A DNA stretch of 47,562 nucleotides from an uncultured Bacilli bacterium. Lineage in GTDB: Bacteria > Bacillota_I > Bacilli_A > RF39 > UBA660. The notes beneath the pieces are model-generated. The model saw only the letters and a list, made by a program, of their open reading frames with translations. It was not told the DNA's origin and did no database searches. Position 1 is the first letter of the stretch. Every line of letters begins with the position of its first letter. Where the stretch lies: NCBI GenBank assembly GCA_944332535.1, contig CALVKE010000011.1, forward strand, positions 1 to 47,562, given 5' to 3'. Of the stretch, positions 20,334 through 26,117 are shown piece after piece. The translations under genes were made by a program, and so were the position numbers.

Positions 20334-20362
20334 CAGGTTAACAACCTATATGTGAACTAAGT

Positions 20363-20788
20363 TTAATCTACGATTTCAATACCCATATTACGTGCAGTAC
20401 CTTCTACAATTTTCATTGCATCTTCTACTGTATAAGCATTCAAATCTGGTAATTTAGTTTCGGCAATCTCCTTTAATTGAGCTCTTGTAATCTTACCAAC
20501 AACATCACTAGATCCTTTTGTAGATCCCTTACTAATTCCTGCGGCTTTCTTAAGTAAGAATGGTGCTGGTGGAGTCTTAATTACAAAATCGAAAGATCTA
20601 TCATCATAAATAGAAATTTCAACTGGTAAAATATCTCCCATTTTATCTCTAGTTGCATCATTATATTTTGTACAGAACTCTTGTAAATTGATTCCTGCAG
20701 GTCCTAACACTGTTCCAACTGGTGGAGCAGGGGTAGCTTTTCCAGCAGCAATCTGTAATTTTACTTTTTTTACAACTTCTTTTGCCAC
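20363..20788 (-). CDS. rplK: 50S ribosomal protein L11
   Basis: I moved the start to the GTG at 20788 ([25 protein letters not shown]...), because the track's GTG at 20797 is part of the SD GGAGGTG. Confidence 0.95.
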   Translation of the reverse strand: MAKEVVKKVKLQIAAGKATPAPPVGTVLGPAGINLQEFCTKYNDATRDKMGDILPVEISIYDDRSFDFVIKTPPAPFLLKKAAGISKGSTKGSSDVVGKITRAQLKEIAETKLPDLNAYTVEDAMKIVEGTARNMGIEIVD

Positions 20789-20828
20789 GAAAAACACCTC
20801 CTATAAATTTTCTTATCACGTTTTCGCG

Positions 20829-20865
20829 AGTGGTCCTAATAGCTTTTTCCGCCAAGCTTCCCACT
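20829..20865 (-). promoter_or_regulatory. Candidate L1-binding stalk mimic in the rplK leader
   Basis: The minus strand reads AGUGG-GAAGCUU-GGCGGAAA-AAGCU-AUUAGGA-CCACU. It has the same helix/internal-loop layout as the 23S L1 stalk and as the site at 20250-20333. Confidence 0.45.
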
Positions 20866-20898
20866 AAATTTGCCTATATAAATCCATATAGCACGTAA

Positions 20899-20927
20899 AT
20901 AATAACATTAAAGTCTTGAAAAATCAA
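20899..20927 (-). promoter_or_regulatory. SigA-type promoter of rplK-rplA
   Basis: The minus strand reads TTGATT-17 nt-TATTAT with an extended -10 TG (TGTTATTAT). Confidence 0.55.
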
Positions 20928-20952
20928 GTGTTTTTTATAATTTTTATCAATT

Positions 20953-20984
20953 TAAAAGAAAAGACTTAGTGTTTGAGCACTAAG
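20953..20984 (-). terminator. Rho-independent terminator after the prepilin-like gene
   Basis: CTTAGTG-CTCAAA-CACTAAG is followed by TCTTTTCTTTT on the minus strand, 8 nt after the stop codon. Confidence 0.7.
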
Positions 20985-20991
20985 CTTATCT

Positions 20992-22809
20992 TTAACGGCA
21001 ACTACAATTTCGAGTACACTGAGTATAAGTACAACTTTTACATTCGTTACTACCAACATGGCTTGGTCCGTTACAACTATATCCTTGGGATTCATATACC
21101 GATGGCCGATGTTCTGGAGCACAAGCAACCTCCCCGTCTGCACTACATGCAAAGACTACGTCACATTGCCAAGTACAATTTCTTTCCCAATGTGCATATA
21201 ACGTTTGATTTGCAGTAATAGAAACAAGATTAGAAGAAGTAATTTGAGACCCTCCCGAAGCAGAAGTAAACCATCCTTTAAATGTATGTTCTGCTCTACT
21301 TGGTGTTGGTAGGCTACCGTACGTAGAAGCATAGCTTACTGTCTTACTACCAGGAGAAACACTTCCACCGTTGGCATTAAAGAATACCGTATAAGTACGA
21401 GGATTCCAACGAGCATATAATGTCTGATTAGAAGTGATATTAACGCGACTACCAGAAGTAATTTGTGTACCACCAGAAGTTGCTGTATACCATCCACCAA
21501 AATTGTAACCTGCCCTGCTTGGAGTAATTAAATTACCATAAGTATTTCCATAAGTGACATTCATTACAGTAGAAGCAGGAGTTCCTCCATTTCCATTGAG
21601 TGTAACTTTATAAGTATTGGCTTTCCAAACAGCATTTAATACATGATTAGAAGTGGTATTCACGACCGTTGTATTGAAAATACGATTTCCACTAGCATTA
21701 TTCCATCCTTGGAATGTATATCCTACTCTACTTGGATTTGGTAGTGTTCCATAGGGCTCTGCATAAATAACTGTTTTACTTGTCGGAGAAACGCTTCCGC
21801 CATTGGCGTTAAAAGTTACCGTAGATCGAGCAGTAATAATAACAGAAGTCGATGCTTGGCTTACCAATCCAGCACCAGTCGTAGCACTACAAGTAACGTT
21901 ATTTCGTCTAGTAAGTCCTAATTCAGAAACAGTCGCATTCTTAGAAATTGTACCATTATCATTTAAATAAAGTGTGGTACTACCTGATTTACATTCTATC
22001 ACTCCGCCGCTTGGCCCAAAAGAACCTATTTCAAACAAGTCAGACACTTTCGTCGTCTTATAACTCGTATCATTCCATAAAAATTCATTACTCGGACTTT
22101 TGCTTGTTAGGGTAATTGGATTTTTATCAATTCTAACCGGATATACTTCCGTCGATTCACTGATATTACCATCTTTATCTATGGCTCTCACACTAACATC
22201 ATGAGATTCACTCAAAACAAACGAGTCTCCCGAAAAATCCTCCCATTCTTCTCCATCAAGAGATCTTTGATAAGTAGCTACTTCCGCACCAAAAAGTTCG
22301 TTGTTAAAAAATTGTTGATAAATATTTTTACTACTCCAAGTACCTGCAGAATAACTTGCTCCATTTTGATTTTCGTACTTTAAAACATAATCCACAGCAT
22401 ATACAGATTCATCCAAATCACAACTCGCATTTTCCGTTTTATATTCTCCACAAGTCATACAGACTGTATAATCATAATCATTATTACCTTTCTTTTGAAT
22501 AATGACATATCCTTCTTCACATGGATTTCCATCTTTATCCGTAATTTGTTCCATCTCATTATACTTAACAATTTGATCTATCGTAATCTTTTTCACAGAC
22601 CCTACTGTTCTTGGCAAAAAACTACGATTTTCAAGAGAAAAATCAATAGCAGATAACCGAACATTATCTTCCAAAACTTGATAATATTGATCTCCCGTCT
22701 GATCAATAAAACTTTTTACTGCAGGATATGCAATAATCATTAAAACCGGAAGAATAACTAAAACTGCTAATAATTCAATCAAGGTAAATCCTTTCTTACT
22801 CGCTTTCAT
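20992..22809 (-). CDS. Chimeric type IV prepilin-like surface protein: class III signal, pilin-like head, three Listeria-Bacteroides (Flg_new) repeats and a Cys-rich tail
   Basis: 605 aa. The N-terminus MKASKKG|FTLIELLAVLVILPVLMIIAYPAV has the canonical prepilin-peptidase motif with Glu at +5. Residues about 328-543 are three repeats of about 72 aa (..F.ANGG.....K.V.Y...YG.LP.PSR.GY.F.GW......G..I.......I..N..LYA.W). The last 61 aa contain 10 Cys. Confidence 0.8.
   Translation of the reverse strand: MKASKKGFTLIELLAVLVILPVLMIIAYPAVKSFIDQTGDQYYQVLEDNVRLSAIDFSLENRSFLPRTVGSVKKITIDQIVKYNEMEQITDKDGNPCEEGYVIIQKKGNNDYDYTVCMTCGEYKTENASCDLDESVYAVDYVLKYENQNGASYSAGTWSSKNIYQQFFNNELFGAEVATYQRSLDGEEWEDFSGDSFVLSESHDVSVRAIDKDGNISESTEVYPVRIDKNPITLTSKSPSNEFLWNDTSYKTTKVSDLFEIGSFGPSGGVIECKSGSTTLYLNDNGTISKNATVSELGLTRRNNVTCSATTGAGLVSQASTSVIITARSTVTFNANGGSVSPTSKTVIYAEPYGTLPNPSRVGYTFQGWNNASGNRIFNTTVVNTTSNHVLNAVWKANTYKVTLNGNGGTPASTVMNVTYGNTYGNLITPSRAGYNFGGWYTATSGGTQITSGSRVNITSNQTLYARWNPRTYTVFFNANGGSVSPGSKTVSYASTYGSLPTPSRAEHTFKGWFTSASGGSQITSSNLVSITANQTLYAHWERNCTWQCDVVFACSADGEVACAPEHRPSVYESQGYSCNGPSHVGSNECKSCTYTQCTRNCSCR
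21181..21828 (-). repeat. Three tandem coding repeats of about 216 nt (Flg_new / InlB B-repeat type) inside the prepilin-like gene
   Basis: The protein-level repeats are TVTFNANGGSVSPTSKTVIYAEPYGTLPNPSRVGYTFQGW..., YKVTLNGNGGTPASTVMNVTYGNTYGNLITPSRAGYNFGGW... and YTVFFNANGGSVSPGSKTVSYASTYGSLPTPSRAEHTFKGW.... Confidence 0.8.
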
Positions 22810-22822
22810 TATTCCACCTCAT

Positions 22823-23692
22823 TTACTTTAAAATTAATACTACCACGCGATAATTACCTTGAAAATAACTATTAAAATAACTATCATCATCATTCGTAGA
22901 AAAGGCCAAGTATTCTCCGTCTAAAGAATAATTGTCTAAAGAAATCGTAGATATCGTTTGCAAACTTTCCAGAGAAACACGATTTAAAAAATCTTCTTTT
23001 TGCTCCGTACCTTTTGCATACTCAATATAATTAGCAATACTTTGTCTTAAACTCTCTCTTACCGTATCTAAACTAGCCGCAAACGTCACAACTTTATGGG
23101 AAAAAGCATTTGTCTCTTCTTTATAAATGATGGACCCTTTTCGATTATACACTTTTCCTTCCCAACTATCCTGCAAATTTCCCTTTTGATAATCTTCTAA
23201 CGAAATCGTAGCATCTAAAGTTTCTTTTAGGGTGATTTCTTTATTTAAGTCCATTTTAATTCGGTATTGATCCTCTTTTTTATCTACCTCAATTCCATCT
23301 TCTAAAAAATGATAATCATTCGTAGTATTGGTATTAAACACTGCTAGGAAACTAAGATCTTTACTCTTTTGCTGTAAAACAGTATCAATAAGACCTAGGG
23401 CAACTACTTCTTCCAGATAATCTTCGCTACTCAAGACATCATTTTCAACATTAATAACAATAGTCTCTTTCTTGGAATCGTTCAATTCAAAATGAGAAGA
23501 GTCTCGTTTTTTAGCAGTTACCTTCACCTCTTCTCCATCGACAAAGGAAGAAATATTTCGTTCATTAAATTGCTCTACGATAGTATCTAATCGATTCTCT
23601 ATTTGCTGACCTTTAGAAAAAAGAGATAAAAAAACTCCCATTATAATAAAACACAAACCACACAATAACAATAACACTCTTCTTTTGTTCAT
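22823..23692 (-). CDS. Signal-anchored extracytoplasmic protein of unknown function (first gene of the prepilin cassette)
   Basis: 289 aa. The N-terminus is MNKRRVLLLLCGLCFIIMGVFLSLF, followed by an acidic, Asp/Glu/Ser-rich soluble part in which I recognise no motif. The stop lies 13 nt before the prepilin ATG. Confidence 0.6.
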   Translation of the reverse strand: MNKRRVLLLLCGLCFIIMGVFLSLFSKGQQIENRLDTIVEQFNERNISSFVDGEEVKVTAKKRDSSHFELNDSKKETIVINVENDVLSSEDYLEEVVALGLIDTVLQQKSKDLSFLAVFNTNTTNDYHFLEDGIEVDKKEDQYRIKMDLNKEITLKETLDATISLEDYQKGNLQDSWEGKVYNRKGSIIYKEETNAFSHKVVTFAASLDTVRESLRQSIANYIEYAKGTEQKEDFLNRVSLESLQTISTISLDNYSLDGEYLAFSTNDDDSYFNSYFQGNYRVVVLILK

Positions 23693-23721
23693 TACATTAC
23701 ACTTCCCTCTATTTTATCCTC

Positions 23722-23751
23722 ATTCTAACACGCGAAGCAAAAATTTGTCAA
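23722..23751 (-). promoter_or_regulatory. SigA-type promoter of the 289-aa/605-aa cassette
   Basis: The minus strand reads TTGACA (23746-23751)-18 nt-TAGAAT (23722-23727) with an upstream TG (TGTTAGAAT). Confidence 0.6.
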
Positions 23752-23761
23752 GTACAAGAAG

Positions 23762-23807
23762 TGCAAACAAAAACAGTTATCTTCCATCAATAAAAGAAAA
23801 TAACTGT
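23762..23807 (-). terminator. Rho-independent terminator after the nusG-coupled ORF
   Basis: A 12-bp stem ACAGTTATTTTC/GAAGATAACTGT (one G:U pair) is followed by TTTTTGTTTG on the minus strand. Confidence 0.7.
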
Positions 23808-23817
23808 CATCATTTTA

Positions 23818-24219
23818 TTATTTACGAATCAAATTAGTGTGATCCATCGTAAATGTCGGACTATTTAAAATTCCTTGTCCGAGCAATAAATCTAATTTTT
23901 GAAATTCGATTTCAGCAATTTTATTCGATAATAATTTACTAGCAACCGGTTGATAACGCTTTTTTAACTCAGTCTCATTGCGACCACTAGCATAATAGTC
24001 ATCACAAATTTTAGCATCAAACGGATAAAGCAAAGTCGAAGAAACTAAGATTCCCTCAACAGAATCCAAAGCATATCCTAGTTCTTTTTGTACAACATGA
24101 ACGATTTCTTTTTCCGAAAGATCACCGCGCTTAGCATATAAATCATATGCCTTTTGTTTCAATTCTACATATTCATCTGCAGGAAATGACGTCAACAGTT
24201 CTTGAAAACTAACCTTCAT
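23818..24219 (-). CDS. 133-aa soluble protein of unknown function, translationally coupled to nusG
   Basis: It has no TM or signal and starts MKVSFQELLTSFPADEYVELKQKAYDLYAKRGDLSEKEIVHVVQKELGY.... Its ATG overlaps the nusG TAA (TAATG at 24219). Confidence 0.6.
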   Translation of the reverse strand: MKVSFQELLTSFPADEYVELKQKAYDLYAKRGDLSEKEIVHVVQKELGYALDSVEGILVSSTLLYPFDAKICDDYYASGRNETELKKRYQPVASKLLSNKIAEIEFQKLDLLLGQGILNSPTFTMDHTNLIRK

Positions 24220-24755
24220 TATTTCAATACCTCAATTTCTGATAAATCAACTTCGATAGAAGTTTCTTGTCCAAACAAATCAACAAGTAACATAATCTTT
24301 GAATTTGGAATATCCATCGAATCGATTTTTCCAATCATTCCTTCAAATGGACCGGAAGCAATCTTGACTTTCGTTCCAACCGCTAAATCTTTGTCTACTT
24401 CAATACGACTCATTCCCATATCTTTTAAGATTTTATCCACTTCATATGGTTGTAAAGGAGTAGGTTTGGCACCCTTTCCACTAGAACCGATAAATCCAGT
24501 TACTCCTGGAGTATTACGCACAACATACCAAGCATCATCGCTCATAACCATTTCCACTAAGATATATCCAGGAAACATTTTCTTAACTTTTTCTTTTTCT
24601 ACTCCATCTTTTACTTCGACAACCTTCTCTTCAGGAACGATTACTCGAAAAATATAGTCTTTCATATCCATGCTTTCAGCACGCATTTCTAATTTTTCTT
24701 TTACCTTATTCTCATGTCCAGAATAGGTGTTAACAACATACCATTCTTTTTCCAT
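24219..24755 (-). CDS. nusG: Transcription termination/antitermination factor NusG
   Basis: 178 aa. The NGN domain starts WYVVNTYSGHENKV, and the KOW segment is VGTKVKIASGPFEGMIGKI. Confidence 0.95.
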   Translation of the reverse strand: MEKEWYVVNTYSGHENKVKEKLEMRAESMDMKDYIFRVIVPEEKVVEVKDGVEKEKVKKMFPGYILVEMVMSDDAWYVVRNTPGVTGFIGSSGKGAKPTPLQPYEVDKILKDMGMSRIEVDKDLAVGTKVKIASGPFEGMIGKIDSMDIPNSKIMLLVDLFGQETSIEVDLSEIEVLK

Positions 24756-24758
24756 CTT

Positions 24759-25091
24759 CTACACCCACGCTTTCACTAATGCCATAATTGCTTCGATTGC
24801 ATAGAAAAATACTCCAAAAAATAGAACAAAGCAAATAGTAGCAATAGAATATTTTACCATGTCATTTCGACTTGGCCATTTAACTTTATCAAGTTCTGCT
24901 TTTACTTCTTTTAAAAACTTTATTGGCCCTCCATGTTGCTTCTTTTCTTTTTTCTTAGTTTTCTTAGAAGTTTTCGATACGGCCTTCTTTTTTTCTTCTG
25001 TTTTATCCTTCTTTGCTATTTTTGAAGAAACTTTTTTTACTTCCTCTTCGACATCAACGATATCGCGAGTTGCTTTTACAACTTTTGCCAT
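24759..25091 (-). CDS. secE: Preprotein translocase subunit SecE with a Lys-rich N-terminal extension
   Basis: 110 aa. The C-terminal 55 aa are SecE-like (FLKEVKAELDKVKWPSRNDMVKYSIATICFVLFFGVFFYAIEAI). The N-terminal roughly 50 aa are a K/E-rich low-complexity stretch. Confidence 0.85.
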   Translation of the reverse strand: MAKVVKATRDIVDVEEEVKKVSSKIAKKDKTEEKKKAVSKTSKKTKKKEKKQHGGPIKFLKEVKAELDKVKWPSRNDMVKYSIATICFVLFFGVFFYAIEAIMALVKAWV

Positions 25092-25112
25092 TTTTCCACC
25101 TCATTTTTTATC

Positions 25113-25161
25113 AAAATAAAAACACCGTTTCCGTGTTAGTTATAAAATAGCACAGAAACGG
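25113..25161 (-). terminator. Hairpin plus T-run between the sortase gene and secE (terminator or leader attenuator)
   Basis: An 11-bp stem CCGTTTCTGTG/CACGGAAACGG (one G:U pair) has a 15-nt loop and is followed by TGTTTTTATTTTG. A TTGACT-17-TATTTT promoter-like sequence overlaps the 5' arm, so the function is ambiguous. Confidence 0.45.
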
Positions 25162-25209
25162 AGAAAAGTCAACATTCTAAGCATTTTTTACTACAAAATA
25201 AATACGCTT

Positions 25210-26061
25210 TTAAGAATTTGTTCTTTCGTTTCTCTTAATCAGCTTAGCTTGCACCACTATCCTTTGTCCGTTATTATCCTTACAAGTGGATAGGGTTAAA
25301 ATAGAATCTTCTACTGTTACTTCTGTATCAACAGGGGCAGTATTTCTTTTCTTCATAGTATCAATCCAAGCTTGTTTTGCCTCATCTGTTTCAAAAGTAG
25401 TCATAATGTAATAGGATTCCGCTTCGATCGTGTAGATAGAAAAAATTTGATATACATAATTATAACGAGGAGTAGATATTCGAATAATATAATTGTCCTT
25501 ATTTTCTTGCCAAGAAGTAGTTAAGACCTTTTTTAAAGAACCAAAAACCGTATTATCTACTCTACCATGTCCATATATTACTGTATTATCCGATAAATCG
25601 TCCAAATTGTTTCGATAATCCAAAAAGACCCAACCAGCAGAATTTTTTGTTTTATCAAACGCATGCGTCAAATAATAAGTATTATCTCCGCTATAGACGA
25701 CAGGATAATTAATATTGGTATTATTTACTTTAATATATCCGACAGTATCCGAATTTTTTTCTTTTAACTTGGAAAAATCCACTTGCATAAAGGGAACTTT
25801 TATATAATAGTAGTAATCACTTTCTTTATCCGGAGAAGGATTCACCAATACCTCATTATCCGGTAAATGAATGGTATTATCATCCACCTCGACAATATCA
25901 GCCATCTCTTCTAATTCTTTCTGTAACTTTTCGTTATTTTGCCCATCTTGTCCCCAGTGAAACACATAGTACGCGCCACCGATAAACAAAGAGGCAAAAA
26001 GGACAAAAAGAAACACAACGACCCAAAGTCTTAAACGATACCTCTTTTTTCGCTTCGTCAT
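25210..26061 (-). CDS. srtB: Class B sortase
   Basis: 283 aa with an N-terminal anchor. Motifs are GYIKVNNTNINYPVVYSGDNTYYLTH, VIYGHGR and the catalytic ILTLSTC...R. The adjacent gene ends in an NPxTxD-type sorting signal. Confidence 0.8.
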   Translation of the reverse strand: MTKRKKRYRLRLWVVVFLFVLFASLFIGGAYYVFHWGQDGQNNEKLQKELEEMADIVEVDDNTIHLPDNEVLVNPSPDKESDYYYYIKVPFMQVDFSKLKEKNSDTVGYIKVNNTNINYPVVYSGDNTYYLTHAFDKTKNSAGWVFLDYRNNLDDLSDNTVIYGHGRVDNTVFGSLKKVLTTSWQENKDNYIIRISTPRYNYVYQIFSIYTIEAESYYIMTTFETDEAKQAWIDTMKKRNTAPVDTEVTVEDSILTLSTCKDNNGQRIVVQAKLIKRNERTNS

Positions 26062-26084
26062 ACGATCACATCCTAAAAACGTCT

Positions 26085-26112
26085 AAATGAAAAGTGATGT
26101 TACCATCACTTT
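26085..26112 (-). terminator. Hairpin after the surface-protein gene (weak or partial terminator)
   Basis: It has a 9-bp stem AAAGTGATG-GTAA-CATCACTTT, but the trailing T-run is poor (TCATTTAGACGTTTTT). Confidence 0.4.
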
Positions 26113-26117
26113 CCTTT

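Noticed and set aside
19535-20344. N-terminal extensions proposed by the ORF track for rplA (37 codons). Similar extensions are proposed for rplK, the DHH gene, cysS, divIC, the methyltransferase, the YfcC-like gene, the 412-aa gene, the DUF4259-like gene, the SrtB substrate and the 140-aa gene.
   Set aside because: In each case an internal ATG, GTG or TTG has a well-spaced GGAGG-type SD and reproduces the family-typical N-terminus. The extension instead covers a promoter, a leader RNA or the SD itself.
20995-21177. The Cys/Ser/Thr-rich C-terminal tail of the prepilin-like protein, considered as a possible RiPP (lanthipeptide- or sactipeptide-like) core.
   Set aside because: It is the C-terminus of a 605-aa exported protein, not a short precursor. 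No LanB/C/M, radical-SAM, protease or dedicated exporter gene is nearby. A disulfide- or metal-stabilised structural domain is the simpler reading.
24202-24657. A 151-aa plus-strand ORF antisense to nusG, plus the 83-aa ORF antisense to rplL (18452-18703) and the 86-aa ORF antisense to secE (24859-25119).
   Set aside because: They are antisense to unmistakable conserved genes and have Ser/Thr/Phe-rich translations without start signals. I treat them as chance open frames.
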